Positions 1 to 10,948 of a stretch of DNA of 61,267 nucleotides are shown piece by piece. Origin of the DNA: an uncultured Candidatus Saccharibacteria bacterium (GTDB lineage Bacteria > Patescibacteriota > Minisyncoccia > Phycocordibacterales > CAIZIN01). The number at the start of each line of letters is the position of its first letter. Position 1 is the stretch's first letter. Location of the stretch: contig CAYWWA010000001.1 in assembly GCA_964462115.1 (NCBI GenBank), positions 25,795 to 87,061 of the forward strand, given 5' to 3'. Below the pieces are notes generated by a model that saw only the letters and a list, made by a program, of their open reading frames with translations, did not search any database and was not told the DNA's origin. Made by a program: the position numbers and the translations under genes.

Positions 1-226
1 TTGCACATTGTTAAAATTAAACCAATCGTTTAGGCTGGGCGCCCAAACTGAACCGGTGACTTCAGCGGCAGATAAACTATTTACTATTAAAAATTGGAAG
101 CACAAAAAAAAGAAAGCGTATGAGGTGACTTTCTTGGTTGAAACTTTACCCATGTAACATATGCTAACACAGAAAAAAATAGAAAGAAAAAATTTTGTGT
201 ATATCTGTATAAAAAAGTATAAAAAA

Positions 227-1312
227 TTAAATTTTGAACTCTATCACGTCGCCATCTTTGACTACATATTCTTTACCTTCAGTGCGAATTTTACCATTTT
301 CACGAGCCTCACCAGCCAATAGGTCACTCCAGTAAACCACTTCAGCGCGAATAAATTTTTCTTTAAAGTCGTTATGAATCGCTGTCCCAGCCAGTGGCGC
401 CGTCCAACCATTCTCCACTGTCCAAGCGCGGGTTTCGTCGGTGCCAGTGGTAAAAAAAGTAATCAAGCCCAACAGCTCATAACTTTTTTTAATTAAGTCA
501 TCCACTCCATCATTTTTGGCCCCTAATTCAGCGCGGAACATTTCTTTTTCTTCACCTACTAAATCCTTTAATTCCTGTTCAATTCCAGCATCAACCACTA
601 CAAATTTAGAACCAGTCTCAATAAAAAAATTCATTAAATCTTGCCAACGACTATCTGCCAGTTCGTCAAGATTTTTGCCTCCAGATTTTTTATTTAAAAC
701 ATAGAGAAAACTTTTTAAGGTTATTAACCCCAAGCTCTTAATTACTTTTTTCTCCTCCTCATCCAGCCCGGCGGTGTGGGCCAGTTTTTCTTCTCTTAAC
801 ACGGACAATACTTTTACTAAAACTTCTTTTTCCTTAATGGCAATCTTATCTCCTCGCTTAACCTCCTTTTCCACATTGTTTAATCTTTTTTCCACCACCT
901 GAATATCAGCTAAAATTAATTCTAAATTTATTACCTCAATATCATCAAGTGGACTAACTTTTCCCGCAGTATGAATTATCTTATCGTCTTCAAAAATCCT
1001 GACCACTTCCGCCACTGCGTCTGTCTCTCTGATATTGGCCAAGAATTTATTACCTAAGCCTTCGCCCTCTGAGGCACCCTTTACCAACCCAGCAATATCA
1101 ACAAATTCAATCGCCGCTGGAATGGTCTTGGCTGATTTAGAAAAATCGGATAATTTTTGTAGTCGCTCATCAGGCACAGCGACCACCCCCACGCTCGGAT
1201 CAATGGTGCAAAATGGATAATTAGCGCACTCAACAGATTTTTTAGTCAGCGCATTAAAAAGTGTGGATTTTCCTACGTTGGGCAGACCGACAATCCCGAT
1301 TGATAATTTCAT
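227..1312 (-). CDS. ychF: Ribosome-binding ATPase YchF (Obg-family P-loop NTPase)
   Basis: 361-aa ORF with N-terminal P-loop [15 protein letters not shown] and a YchF-type C-terminal end ...[22 protein letters not shown] -10 box lies 6 nt upstream of the ATG. Confidence 0.95.
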   Translation of the reverse strand: MKLSIGIVGLPNVGKSTLFNALTKKSVECANYPFCTIDPSVGVVAVPDERLQKLSDFSKSAKTIPAAIEFVDIAGLVKGASEGEGLGNKFLANIRETDAVAEVVRIFEDDKIIHTAGKVSPLDDIEVINLELILADIQVVEKRLNNVEKEVKRGDKIAIKEKEVLVKVLSVLREEKLAHTAGLDEEEKKVIKSLGLITLKSFLYVLNKKSGGKNLDELADSRWQDLMNFFIETGSKFVVVDAGIEQELKDLVGEEKEMFRAELGAKNDGVDDLIKKSYELLGLITFFTTGTDETRAWTVENGWTAPLAGTAIHNDFKEKFIRAEVVYWSDLLAGEARENGKIRTEGKEYVVKDGDVIEFKI

Positions 1313-1396
1313 TGCTCTAATATAACAAAAAATATAGAAAAAATCTATGTAATAAAATGAAAGAGACCAACCTTATTTAAAGATTGGCCCCATACT

Positions 1397-1693
1397 TTAT
1401 TTTTTTCTTCCCAAGTCAAAATTATTAATGGCTCTATTAGCAAGGTTGTTTATAACTAAGGCATCGCCGATTCCTAATCTAGTTGCAATCTCAGCTCTAA
1501 CGAAACATGATTGAATATTTTCTCCATCACGCAAAGCATGAACAAAGTTTTGATATAGCGATCTGGTGGCCAAAAATTTTGCGTTTCTCTCCTCGGCTCC
1601 CATCGCCACCACTACACCCAGAACATCACTGTCTATTCTGGTGAAGCCTGACCCATACATATTCTTTAATGCGCTATGCTTGATAACGAGCAT
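1397..1693 (-). CDS. Hypothetical small protein (98 aa), family not recognised
   Basis: Clean ORF in a compact minus-strand gene string. No motif I can name. Confidence 0.45.
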   Translation of the reverse strand: MLVIKHSALKNMYGSGFTRIDSDVLGVVVAMGAEERNAKFLATRSLYQNFVHALRDGENIQSCFVRAEIATRLGIGDALVINNLANRAINNFDLGRKK

Positions 1694-1844
1694 TCTTTTA
1701 CCTCAAGTAACTGTTAACTAATTCAATGTGTCAAGCACCCTACTTTACACATTAAACTATCTCTTATAATTATAACATTTTATATATAAAAGTCAAACAA
1801 AAAACCCACAGAAGTGAGTCTTTTGTTTTTCTCTCGAGAGAAAA

Positions 1845-2123
1845 TTATTTCACAGCTTCCTTCAAAGCCTTAGCAGCTCTAAACTTTGGAACTTTGGTGG
1901 CTGGCACCTTAACAGTTGCCCCAGTTTTTGGGTTGCGTGCTTCGCGGGCTGCGCGGGTCTTCACCGAAAAGATTCCCAATCCGGCAATAGATACCTCTCC
2001 GCCTTTCTTGAGAGTGCTTACAATTTCTCCAATCAACGATTCTACAATCTCTTCAGATTGAACTTTGGTTGATTGAACGATGTTGTAAACAACTTCTGCA
2101 AGTTCTTTCTTAGTCGTTTTCAT
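1845..2123 (-). CDS. hup: HU/IHF-family nucleoid DNA-binding protein
   Basis: 92 aa. Carries the typical HU arm GLGIFSVKTRAAREARNPKTGATVKVPATKVPKFRAAKALK. Confidence 0.92.
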   Translation of the reverse strand: MKTTKKELAEVVYNIVQSTKVQSEEIVESLIGEIVSTLKKGGEVSIAGLGIFSVKTRAAREARNPKTGATVKVPATKVPKFRAAKALKEAVK

Positions 2124-2397
2124 TTTGTTCTTTTATTTTTTGATAATGAACCTCGACCCTACGAAATTCCATTTAACTTGTGTTGTAATTAAACAAAATT
2201 ATCGCTACCTACATTATAAATCCAACTATCCTTTTTTGCAAGTATTTATAAGGTTATTTTGTGTAATTTTTTAGTAAACAACTTTATAAACTTTTGTCAA
2301 GCTTATCTGGTTAAGAGGCGCTATTCCGCCACTTAAAGCATAATTAACTCAAAGCCAACCCAAAAAAACTAATCCAGTTTTTTCTAAAGCAAAATAA

Positions 2398-3348
2398 TTA
2401 ATTATTTTGCTGACCAAGCAAAGATTTTACACGTTCTTCTACTGGCGGATGGGTCGCAAACAAATTACTAAACCAACTAGTTTTTGTCTGCTTTTTGCTA
2501 ATCTGTTTTTCTATTTTGCCCTTGTTGTTAAACATTAAACGAGAATTATCCGCGAACGGATCAGAGATAAATAAGTGAGCAGTAGCAGTTGAGGATTTCT
2601 TAAGTGGCACCGCTGAATTAGAAATTTTTTGTAGCGCCGAAGCTAGTCCCTCTGGATAACGAGTCATAAGCGCACCCGAAGCGTCAGCTAAAAATTCTCG
2701 CTTACGCGAAATGGCCAACTGAATTATCTGAGCAAGCAGTGGAGCTAAGATTAAACCGATAAGTCCGATGACCAAACCTACTAAACCAGCTTTGCCATTA
2801 TTATCATTTCTCCTAAAACCAACCCTGATGGCAACATCGCAGATGATGGCAATAATCCCTACCAAAACTACCACCACTGAAGCTAACAAAATATCACGAT
2901 TTTTAATGTGTGATAATTCGTGAGCAGCCACCCCTTCCAATTCAGAACGATCCAGAATCTGTAACAAACCAGTGGTAAAAGCTATGGCACAATGTTTTTC
3001 ATCACGACCAGTCGCAAAAGCGTTGGGGGAGGTATCGTTGATAATATAAATTGGTGGTAGCTGCATACCCGAGCTGATACATAGATTCTCTACCACCTTA
3101 TATAGTTGAGGGTATTGTTTGGAATCGGCTGGCACTGCTCCACTAGCCTTTAGAGCGATTTTGTCTGAGTAAAAATAGCTAATAAAATTCATCACCAAGC
3201 TAATTACAATGGCGACAATCAAAAAAGAGATATCATTGTAATACCATTCTAACCACCAACCGATTCCTACAATAATTGCTAAAAAAATTGCCATGAGAGC
3301 CCAAGTTTTTTCGGTATTTTTCTTTTGTTCAGTATATAGAGTTGCCAT
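2398..3348 (-). CDS. htpX: Zinc metalloprotease HtpX (peptidase M48)
   Basis: HELSHIKNRD (HExxH) motif lies between TM helices. The ORF is open to 3387, but TGTTACTAT-N10-ATG supports a start at MATLYTEQ (3348). Confidence 0.85.
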   Translation of the reverse strand: MATLYTEQKKNTEKTWALMAIFLAIIVGIGWWLEWYYNDISFLIVAIVISLVMNFISYFYSDKIALKASGAVPADSKQYPQLYKVVENLCISSGMQLPPIYIINDTSPNAFATGRDEKHCAIAFTTGLLQILDRSELEGVAAHELSHIKNRDILLASVVVVLVGIIAIICDVAIRVGFRRNDNNGKAGLVGLVIGLIGLILAPLLAQIIQLAISRKREFLADASGALMTRYPEGLASALQKISNSAVPLKKSSTATAHLFISDPFADNSRLMFNNKGKIEKQISKKQTKTSWFSNLFATHPPVEERVKSLLGQQNN

Positions 3349-3462
3349 TACTTTTAATATAGTAACATATTTAATAATATTGTTCAAAAAATAAATTTAT
3401 TTTCTAAAAAAACTAAACCGCATTGTTGTTTAATGGGATAAACAAATCTTAGCTAAATATTC

Positions 3463-5166
3463 TTATTCTAAATATTCTGGAGTATTAGTGGCCATCCAAT
3501 CTAACATGGTTCGCATTACGTAAGTTCCACCAATATTATTCGCTTCCGGACCGCGTTCCATAATGACCACAAAAGCATATTGTGGCTCATCATAAGGGAA
3601 GAACCCCTCAATCCAAGCGTTAACAAAGTCCTTCTTCACTCCCAACTCAGCCGTTCCTGTTTTAGCTGCTACTTTGACATGGGGAGTGTTGAGACCTACC
3701 GCCGCACCCTCAGTGACTGATAGTCGCATACCATCTTTAGCAATTTGAAATTTTTCATCAGAAAATTCAACTTGAACATAAGGAGCAGAAGAAGTGCTTT
3801 TTTCAATAGTTGGTTCAATTAGCTTACCACCATTAGCTAGACTAGCTACCGCCCGCAGAGCCTGCATCGGCACCACCTGAGTGCTATATTGTCCAATTGA
3901 CATGTTATATGTATCACCTAAACGCCAATCATCTTCAAAAACTTCCTGTTTCCATTCGGGAGTGGGAATCAAGCCGACATTTCGATTATAAAAGAAGGAG
4001 TCAGCGGAGAAGGGTTTGGTAAAACCAAAAATTTCTAAATATTTTTTAATATTATAAATCCCTATTCCCTTTTGCTTAGTCGGCTCATAACCTCCACCTA
4101 TTTCATAAAAATAAACATCGCAAGAAGTGGAAATCGCCTTTCGCATATCCACACAACCATGCGCCTTCCAGTCACGAAAGATGGTTGGCTTATCTGGATT
4201 ATAGGGGTTAGGAATAGAGATATAACCACTTTCGCAAATTAGTTTGTCTGGCGAAATAACATTTTCTTCCAAGGCACCAATAGCTAAAAATGGTTTAACA
4301 ATCGAACCTGGAGTATAAAGCCCATCGATCATCCGATTTAAAAATGGTTTATTAGAATCTTGATAATATTCCTCTATTTGCTCCACATCTTGACCATCGG
4401 TCATTATTTGGGAAGAATACTCTGGATAAGAAACCAAGGCCAGCATTTCTCCGGTCTCAATATCCATAATTGCCGCCCCGCCGCCATCAAAACTGTAATC
4501 TATAGCTAAATTTTTTATAATATCAAAAAGTTTTTCCTGTAATCGCACGTCAATAGATAAATAAATTTTCTCTCCAGCCGTAGCCTGAACCTTCATATTA
4601 GAAGAAACGGCTTGGCCATCTGCATCTACCTCTAAAATCTTTCGACCGTTTTCACCAGTTAACTGCTGATTATAAAATGCTTCCACTCCCTGCACTCCAC
4701 TATAATCATTTTTATAATAAACCCCACTTTTATCTTTCAGTGGATATTTCACAAAACCTAATAAATTGTTTACCCCACTCACTGTAGTATATTGTCGCAA
4801 GGGAAAATCTGTTCCCTCGATTAACTGATTCCAAGCTAAGATTTCACCATTTCTATCATAGATCAATCCTCGTTCAGCAAAAATCAGTGAATAATCAAGT
4901 CGATTATTTTCAGCAATGGAAAAATGTTTTTGATATTCAATAACTTGTAATTTGAAAGCTTGCCAAATGAACAATAAAGCAATTAACAAAAAAATACCAG
5001 CTATAATTAAAATAGTTTTTAGTTTCAGTGGCACCTCAAACTGCCCCTCTAACTGTTCGGTGTCTAGGTTAGAAACATTTTCTCCTTGAATAAAAATATC
5101 TTCAGGAGTAATATCGGCTAGTTTATATTTTTTTTTGTATTTGTTTTGGTGCCACATTTTTACCAT
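3463..5166 (-). CDS. Class B penicillin-binding protein (PBP2/FtsI-type transpeptidase)
   Basis: 567 aa with an N-terminal TM anchor, a dimerisation region, and the SxxK motif (GSIVKP) in the transpeptidase domain. KTGTAE supplies the KTG motif. Confidence 0.88.
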   Translation of the reverse strand: MVKMWHQNKYKKKYKLADITPEDIFIQGENVSNLDTEQLEGQFEVPLKLKTILIIAGIFLLIALLFIWQAFKLQVIEYQKHFSIAENNRLDYSLIFAERGLIYDRNGEILAWNQLIEGTDFPLRQYTTVSGVNNLLGFVKYPLKDKSGVYYKNDYSGVQGVEAFYNQQLTGENGRKILEVDADGQAVSSNMKVQATAGEKIYLSIDVRLQEKLFDIIKNLAIDYSFDGGGAAIMDIETGEMLALVSYPEYSSQIMTDGQDVEQIEEYYQDSNKPFLNRMIDGLYTPGSIVKPFLAIGALEENVISPDKLICESGYISIPNPYNPDKPTIFRDWKAHGCVDMRKAISTSCDVYFYEIGGGYEPTKQKGIGIYNIKKYLEIFGFTKPFSADSFFYNRNVGLIPTPEWKQEVFEDDWRLGDTYNMSIGQYSTQVVPMQALRAVASLANGGKLIEPTIEKSTSSAPYVQVEFSDEKFQIAKDGMRLSVTEGAAVGLNTPHVKVAAKTGTAELGVKKDFVNAWIEGFFPYDEPQYAFVVIMERGPEANNIGGTYVMRTMLDWMATNTPEYLE

Positions 5167-5179
5167 GATTCAAACTGTC

Positions 5180-5812
5180 TTATTTTTGCGCCTCTAAGAC
5201 TATTACTTCACCATTTTTGCCATCTAAGTCTTTAGGTTTAATTGTTAATTTCTCTATTTTTTCTGTCTTTTCAGCATCGCATTCTTTCAAAAAAGTCTTT
5301 AAGGCATCTTTATCTCCTACCTGACCATAGTGCAGAGGGATAATTATCTTTGCTTCTAACTTTACCGCCACCTTAGCAGCCTCCACCGCATTCAAAACTC
5401 CATCCCCACCAATCGGTACAAATAAAATATCCACATCACCTAAGCCAGATTTTACCTCTTGGGGCAACTCACCATCTAATAATCCTAAAAAGCATAAATT
5501 GATACCATCCACCGCTAAACTATAAATGGTATTAACTTTATTTTCTTCGTATTTGGTTTTGGATAAAAAACCGTGCACAAAATTGCCCATTATCTCATAC
5601 TCACCAGGGCCAGTAATTACAAAAGGATTTTTGTTGTTTCCACTGACCAACTCTACCCCATTAGTTTCGGGAGTGTTGGCTGAGACCAAAACCAAATCCG
5701 CTCCAAATCTTGAGCTGTTATATTTTGATTGTTTAGAGATGGGGTTAACGGCTAAAACAAAATCACCTACTTGAATTTTGATAAAATCTACACCGTAATT
5801 TGTTATAATCAT
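5180..5812 (-). CDS. MBL-fold (beta-lactamase-like) hydrolase family protein
   Basis: 210 aa. Overall resemblance to UPF0173/MBL-fold proteins (ITNYG...FIKI...LVLVS...ILFVPIGG...PLHYG). The canonical HxHxDH motif is not evident. Confidence 0.55.
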   Translation of the reverse strand: MIITNYGVDFIKIQVGDFVLAVNPISKQSKYNSSRFGADLVLVSANTPETNGVELVSGNNKNPFVITGPGEYEIMGNFVHGFLSKTKYEENKVNTIYSLAVDGINLCFLGLLDGELPQEVKSGLGDVDILFVPIGGDGVLNAVEAAKVAVKLEAKIIIPLHYGQVGDKDALKTFLKECDAEKTEKIEKLTIKPKDLDGKNGEVIVLEAQK

Positions 5813-5850
5813 GATAATAATATTAAGTTAATTTATACACTAATAAAAAA

Positions 5851-7953
5851 TTATACATCCAAATTCGCTAACTTAGCATTAGTTTGAATAAAGCTTTTAC
5901 GAGCTGGAACATCATTTCCCATCAACATATCAAATACCACATCTGCCTCGGCTGCATCATTAATTGAAACCTGTTTTAGAACTCGATTATCTGGATCAAG
6001 TGTAGTTTCCCACAACTCATCTGAGTTCATTTCTCCCAGACCTTTATATCGTTGGACATGCATTTTAGATGTTTTCTTTTCCTCTTTCTTTTTATCTTTT
6101 TTATCAGTTTTTTCTTCTTCGTTGACATCTGGTTCAGTGTTTTGCTCAGCATTTTCGGCATTGATATCCTGAACTTCTTCCAAGACTATCCCCTCTTTTT
6201 TGACAAACTCACCTTTTTCCTCTTCGGTATAAAAATAGAAAACTTCTTTACCTTTCTTAATTTTATAGAGAGGAGACTGGGCAATGTAAATATGTCCCTG
6301 TTCAACCAAAACTGGAAAATGACGATAGAACAAAGTTAACAATAAGGTGCGGATGTGCGCCCCGTCCACGTCGGCATCGGTCGCAATGATTATTTTATGA
6401 TATCGCAATTTACTAATATCAAAAGTATCACCCAAAGTAGTGCCAATAGCAATGACCAAAGATTTAATCGTATCCGAGGCTAACATCTTATCCAACCTAG
6501 CTCGCTCCACATTCAAAATTTTACCACGCAACGGCAACACCGCTTGAATTCTTCGGTCTCGCCCAGTTTTAGCTGTGCCGCCCGCTGAATCTCCCTCTAC
6601 AATAATTAGCTCTGTTTCTTCAGCTTTGTTACTTGAACAGTCAGCCAATTTACCAGGTAGAGTCATACCATCCAGAGCTCCTTTGCGCAAAATTGAATCT
6701 TTAGCAGCTTTAGCCGCTTTTCTGGCTCGTAGAGCTAAAATAGATTTATTGACAATTGATCTCGCGTCATCAGGGTGCTCCTCCAAGAAAGCAGAGAAAG
6801 CTTCACTGAAAGCATCGGAAACCATTTTGGTCGCTTCTACCGATCCCAGCTTGGCTTTAGTCTGTCCTTCAAATTGTATTTCTCGCAACTTCACCGAAAC
6901 TACCGCTGTTAAACCTTCCAACACATCATCACCAGTAAAGTTATCGTCTTTCTCTTTAAGGATTTCCGCTTTACGAGCATAGGAGTTAATCAAACGAGTA
7001 AGAGTAGTTTTAAATCCAGTAATATGGGTTCCTCCTTCGGGGGTGGAAATATTATTCGCAAAACCCACAATCCGAGCCGAGATATCATCGACGTATTGCA
7101 AAGCAATTTCTATCCCTTCTACTCCCTCAGCATCTTTCTTCTCAATATAAAAAACCTGTTTATGAATTGGTTTTTGGGAGGAGTTATAGAACTTAACCAA
7201 TGATAGCAAGCCGCCTTCAAAATAGAAGGTTTGAGATGGAGCATCAAAGACTGTATCAGCTAAATAATATGCTTTATTGGTATCAATTTTGACGGCACAG
7301 TTTCGTAAATCAATAATTGTAATTCGCAAACCTTTAACTAAATAAGCTTGCTGACGCATATGACCCACCACTCGATTAAAATCAAACTCTTGTTGGCCGA
7401 AAATATCTACATCAGGCTGAAACTCCACGATGGTGCCATGCTCTTCGGTCTTAGCAATTTTCTTAACATCGTTTTTCTTTTTACCTCGAGAATATTCCTG
7501 CATGTAAACCCCACCCTCTTTATGCACCAAGACTTTAGCAAATGATGACAGAGCATTAACCACCGAAGCTCCTACCCCGTGCAAACCACCAGATACCTTA
7601 TAGCCGCAGCCGCCAAATTTACCTCCGGCGTGCAAGGTGGTCATAATGGTTTCTAAGGCGGAGACCTTAGTCTGTTTATGAATATCCACGGGAATACCTC
7701 GCCCATTATCAACTACTCTAATATGATTGTCGGATAAAAAAGCGACTTCAATTCTGTCAGCAAAACCACCCATCGCCTCATCACGTGAGTTGTCAAAAAT
7801 TTCAGTAATTAAGTGATGAAAACCGTCTGGACCAGTTGTGCCAATATACATACCTGGTCGTTTTCGCACCGGCTCTAAACCTTCTAAAACCTGAATGGAA
7901 TCTGCTCCATAATTGTCTTTTTTAAGCTTTTTTTCGTCTTTCTCTTTGGACAT
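5851..7953 (-). CDS. gyrB: DNA gyrase subunit B
   Basis: 700 aa with YGADSIQVLEGLEPVRKRPGMYIG, a GHKL ATPase, Toprim EGDSAGG, and PLRGKILNV. A lysine/glutamate-rich insert sits near the C-terminus. Confidence 0.98.
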   Translation of the reverse strand: MSKEKDEKKLKKDNYGADSIQVLEGLEPVRKRPGMYIGTTGPDGFHHLITEIFDNSRDEAMGGFADRIEVAFLSDNHIRVVDNGRGIPVDIHKQTKVSALETIMTTLHAGGKFGGCGYKVSGGLHGVGASVVNALSSFAKVLVHKEGGVYMQEYSRGKKKNDVKKIAKTEEHGTIVEFQPDVDIFGQQEFDFNRVVGHMRQQAYLVKGLRITIIDLRNCAVKIDTNKAYYLADTVFDAPSQTFYFEGGLLSLVKFYNSSQKPIHKQVFYIEKKDAEGVEGIEIALQYVDDISARIVGFANNISTPEGGTHITGFKTTLTRLINSYARKAEILKEKDDNFTGDDVLEGLTAVVSVKLREIQFEGQTKAKLGSVEATKMVSDAFSEAFSAFLEEHPDDARSIVNKSILALRARKAAKAAKDSILRKGALDGMTLPGKLADCSSNKAEETELIIVEGDSAGGTAKTGRDRRIQAVLPLRGKILNVERARLDKMLASDTIKSLVIAIGTTLGDTFDISKLRYHKIIIATDADVDGAHIRTLLLTLFYRHFPVLVEQGHIYIAQSPLYKIKKGKEVFYFYTEEEKGEFVKKEGIVLEEVQDINAENAEQNTEPDVNEEEKTDKKDKKKEEKKTSKMHVQRYKGLGEMNSDELWETTLDPDNRVLKQVSINDAAEADVVFDMLMGNDVPARKSFIQTNAKLANLDV

Positions 7954-7979
7954 AATTTTATTTTATTATTTTACTTTTT

Positions 7980-10472
7980 CTATAAACACACGAAGGTGGC
8001 AATTTTGTCTCCCTCTCGTAATTTCATAATTCGCACGCCTTGCGTCGCCCGACCTAACGAAGGCACCTCGTTTAATGACAATCTAATTACTTGAGAATTC
8101 TTAGACATTGCTACCGCTTCTTCAATCTCCTCGGTAATAATTTTAGCTGCCACAATTTTACCAATTTTAGTAGTAACTTCCGCGGCTTTAATTCCGCTAC
8201 CGCCACGACCTTGGATTTTGAACTCATCAATATCGGTTTTCTTACCATAACCATTTTCTGACATCACTAACAAATCAGCGCTGTCCCATTCTTTATGAAC
8301 GATATCGGCTGAAATAATTTTATCGCTCTTATCTAATCGCATCACGATTACTCCCATCGCTGAACGACCTAATTGACTAACGTCTTCTTCTAAGAAATGA
8401 ATTGACTGACCTTCTTCTGTAACGATCACTACGCTATCACCTTTGTTAACAAAACTAGCTGAGACCAGACGATCGCCCGCCTCCTTGAACTTCATAGCGA
8501 TGATACCGTTTCGTCTGACGTCTTCAAATTCGCTCAATGCTACCTGTTTACCAATTCCTTTCTCGGTAATCATCATGACTGCCATATCTTTTCCTTTGAC
8601 ATCTTTAGGCATCGGCAAAATAGAGGTAATCTTTTCATCCACCTCAATTTGTAAGAAATTAACAATTGCCTTACCTCTAGTAGCTCGCTTGCTTTCTGGT
8701 AAATCATACATCTTGGTGCGATAAACCTTACCCTTATCAGTAAAGAATAGAATATCATTGTGAGCGGTAGCAGAAACCAAATGAGTCACGAAATCTTCTT
8801 CCTTTGTATCAAGGTCCACCACTCCAACTCCACCCCGCTTTTGTTTCTTGTATTCTTCTGGAGCAGTTCGTTTAACATAACCGCCAGCTGTCAACACTAA
8901 AACCGAATCGTCGTCTGGTACCAAATCTTCAATAGAAAAGTTTTTAGCACCATGTTTAACAATTCTGGTTTTGCGATCATCACCATATTTTTCTTTAATT
9001 TCCAAAAGTTCAGTTTTAATTAACTTTGAAATCTTTTTAGGTGAAGCCAGCAGTTCCTCCAATTCCTTAATCAAGGCCTGCACCGCATTCAATTCATCTT
9101 CAATTTTCTTTCTTTCCAAACCAGCTAATTTCTGCAACTTCATCTCCAAAATTGCATTGGCTTGCAAAATAGAAAATTTAAACTTAGTCATCAAGTTCTG
9201 TCGTGCTTCGTCAACGGTTTTAGATTTCTTGATCAACTGAATAATTTCATCAATATGGTCAAGTGCTTTTTTTAAACCAAGTAAGATATGTTCTCGCTCT
9301 TTTGCTTTACGCAAATCAAACTCAGTGCGACGGCGCACCACAACCTGACGGTGAGCGATGAATTCAGTTAACAAAGACTTCAAAGATAAAGTCTGAGGCA
9401 CTCCATCTACCAAAGCCACCATGTTGTAGTGAAAAGTATCCTCTAACTGAGTGTGTTTATATAAATAGTTTAATAAGACCTGAGGTGAGGCACCGGTTTT
9501 TACATCTATCACAATCCGAATATCCTTGGCTGACTCATCCCGCAAACCTTTTACCCCTTCTACTTTTTTCTCACGTACCAAATCAGCGATCTGTTCAATT
9601 AAAGAAGCTTTAACCACTCTAAACGGAATAGAGGTGATGAGAATTTGAAACTGCCCAGATTTACTTTCTACAATTTCGGCTTCACCCCGACAAACCACCC
9701 CACCTCGTCCAGTCGCAAAAGCGTGGTGAATATCAACTTCGCTAAAAGCAATACCTCCAGTCGGGAAATCTGGACCTTTAACAAATTTAGCCACATCATC
9801 GTTGGTAGCTTTTTCATTATCAATCAAATGGGCGGTGGCATCAATAATTTCACTTAAGTTATGAGGAGGAATATTGGTGGCCATACCGACCGCAATACCC
9901 AAAGTGCCATTTAAAAGTAAGTTAGGCACACGAGTTGGTAAGACTACTGGCTCTTTACGAGTGGCATCATAGTTGGGAGTAAAATCTACTGTTTCTTTTT
10001 CAATATCAGCCAACATATCGCCCGCCAATTTAGCCATTTTAGCTTCGGTATATCGCATCGCCGCTGCGCCGTCACCATCAATGTTACCGAAGTTACCCTG
10101 TCCTACAATTAGCGGATAACGCATAGAAAAGTCTTGGGCCATTTTGACCATCGCTTCGTAAACTGAAGAATCACCATGGGGGTGATAGTTACCCAACACC
10201 TCTCCTACCACTGCAGCTGATTTTCTGGTTTTAGCTGAGGCGGTTAGGTGGAGTTCGTTCATCGCGTGTAAAATACGGCGATGCACCGGCTTGAGACCAT
10301 CACGAGCGTCGGGCAGAGCTCGAGCAGTAATCACTGACATCGCGTAGTCCAAATAACACGACTTCATTTCAGCTGAAATATTTTGATCCACGATCCCTTT
10401 TAATACTGGAGTCTCAGGAGTTTTTGCAGTTTCTGATGACTTATTTTCATCATTATCTTTGTTTTTTGCCAT
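7980..10472 (-). CDS. gyrA: DNA gyrase subunit A
   Basis: 830 aa with the AAMRYTE active-site Tyr region, DGLKPVHRR, and C-terminal beta-pinwheel repeats. TGCTATAAT-N6-ATG lies upstream. Confidence 0.98.
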   Translation of the reverse strand: MAKNKDNDENKSSETAKTPETPVLKGIVDQNISAEMKSCYLDYAMSVITARALPDARDGLKPVHRRILHAMNELHLTASAKTRKSAAVVGEVLGNYHPHGDSSVYEAMVKMAQDFSMRYPLIVGQGNFGNIDGDGAAAMRYTEAKMAKLAGDMLADIEKETVDFTPNYDATRKEPVVLPTRVPNLLLNGTLGIAVGMATNIPPHNLSEIIDATAHLIDNEKATNDDVAKFVKGPDFPTGGIAFSEVDIHHAFATGRGGVVCRGEAEIVESKSGQFQILITSIPFRVVKASLIEQIADLVREKKVEGVKGLRDESAKDIRIVIDVKTGASPQVLLNYLYKHTQLEDTFHYNMVALVDGVPQTLSLKSLLTEFIAHRQVVVRRRTEFDLRKAKEREHILLGLKKALDHIDEIIQLIKKSKTVDEARQNLMTKFKFSILQANAILEMKLQKLAGLERKKIEDELNAVQALIKELEELLASPKKISKLIKTELLEIKEKYGDDRKTRIVKHGAKNFSIEDLVPDDDSVLVLTAGGYVKRTAPEEYKKQKRGGVGVVDLDTKEEDFVTHLVSATAHNDILFFTDKGKVYRTKMYDLPESKRATRGKAIVNFLQIEVDEKITSILPMPKDVKGKDMAVMMITEKGIGKQVALSEFEDVRRNGIIAMKFKEAGDRLVSASFVNKGDSVVIVTEEGQSIHFLEEDVSQLGRSAMGVIVMRLDKSDKIISADIVHKEWDSADLLVMSENGYGKKTDIDEFKIQGRGGSGIKAAEVTTKIGKIVAAKIITEEIEEAVAMSKNSQVIRLSLNEVPSLGRATQGVRIMKLREGDKIATFVCL

Positions 10473-10478
10473 TGATGT

Positions 10479-10487
10479 ATTATAGCA
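10479..10487 (-). promoter_or_regulatory. Extended -10 box (TGCTATAAT) 6 nt upstream of the gyrA ATG, implying a leaderless gyrA mRNA
   Basis: The reverse complement of 10479-10487 reads TGCTATAAT. There is no purine-rich SD between it and the ATG at 10472. Confidence 0.6.
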
Positions 10488-10551
10488 AAAAATGCTAAAA
10501 ATACAACAAAAATTAGGAGAAAATAGCCCTAATATTTAGGGTTAAAAAGAC

Positions 10552-10600
10552 AAAAAAACACCACCATCCCCGCGTTGCATACGTGTTGGGGACGGTGGTG
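10552..10600 (-). terminator. Rho-independent terminator closing the orphan RNA unit upstream of gyrA
   Basis: 13-bp GC-rich stem (caccaccgtcccc / ggggatggtggtg) followed by a T7 run on the minus strand. Confidence 0.8.
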
Positions 10601-10632
10601 TAACTACCAATAAAGTCGTGGGGGTTAACCCA

Positions 10633-10650
10633 CTAGGTAAACCCGCTCAT
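10633..10650 (-). other. 5-codon mini-ORF (MSGFT*) preceded by a perfect SD (AAAGGAGGT, 5-nt spacer)
   Basis: Read directly: aaaggaggttacaATGAGCGGGTTTACCTAG. It lies inside the orphan RNA unit, 33 nt upstream of the terminator stem. Confidence 0.35.
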
Positions 10651-10839
10651 TGTAACCTCCTTTCTTGTTTGTAGGTATACGGCGTCGGGCCAAAAAAATT
10701 TAAAAAAACAATTTTCGACGTAGCCACTCAGCTACGTGAATCCGTCATAGTACATAGGACTTTTTCCTTTCCGAGAACCGCTTTTAGCTTACCACCAACC
10801 TCACGGCTGTGGGTTGAGTCCTCTCTGCTGTCTCTTATA

Positions 10840-10868
10840 AGTATAGCATACTTCGTATTTTTTGTCAA
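10840..10868 (-). promoter_or_regulatory. Sigma-70-type promoter, TTGACA-17 nt-TATACT
   Basis: The minus strand reads ttgacaaaaaatacgaagtatgctatact, immediately after the terminator of the upstream gene. Confidence 0.7.
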
Positions 10869-10877
10869 GTATTAACC

Positions 10878-10905
10878 AAAAAACGCTTATTTGACAAGCG
10901 TTTTT
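10878..10905 (-). terminator. Rho-independent terminator of the 10949-12133 gene
   Basis: aaaaacgctt-gtcaaat-aagcgtttttt hairpin with a T-run. Confidence 0.7.
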
Positions 10906-10948
10906 CTTCATTTTATAACCTTTAACTAAAAGCTAATATTTTGCGTTC

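Larger units (their letters stand above)
10552..10833 (-). ncRNA. Candidate ~280-nt structured RNA / leader unit of unknown class
   Basis: A consensus promoter (TTGACA-17-TATACT) upstream and a strong terminator downstream bracket a region with no ORF longer than 5 codons. Several hairpins are present (caacc..ggttg, acgtagc..gctacgt, gtggg..cccac). Confidence 0.45.

Noticed and set aside
6575-6982. Long antisense ORFs inside gyrB, gyrA, the giant surface-protein gene, the AAA+ gene and others (for example 6575-6982, 8443-8724, 18915-19280, 44766-45062).
   Set aside because: Each lies entirely within, and opposite to, a strongly supported conserved CDS. Their low-complexity, Ser/Leu/Phe-rich translations are typical of shadow ORFs, and they have no independent start signals.
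10552-10833. Identification of the gyrA-upstream RNA as RNase P RNA, tmRNA or a T-box.
   Set aside because: Only a weak GGAAAGGAAAAAGUCC resemblance to the RNase P P4 strand is present. The ACAGAA/GGCUUA-type 3' P4 strand, the tmRNA tRNA-like ends and the T-box consensus next to the terminator are all absent. I left it as unknown class.
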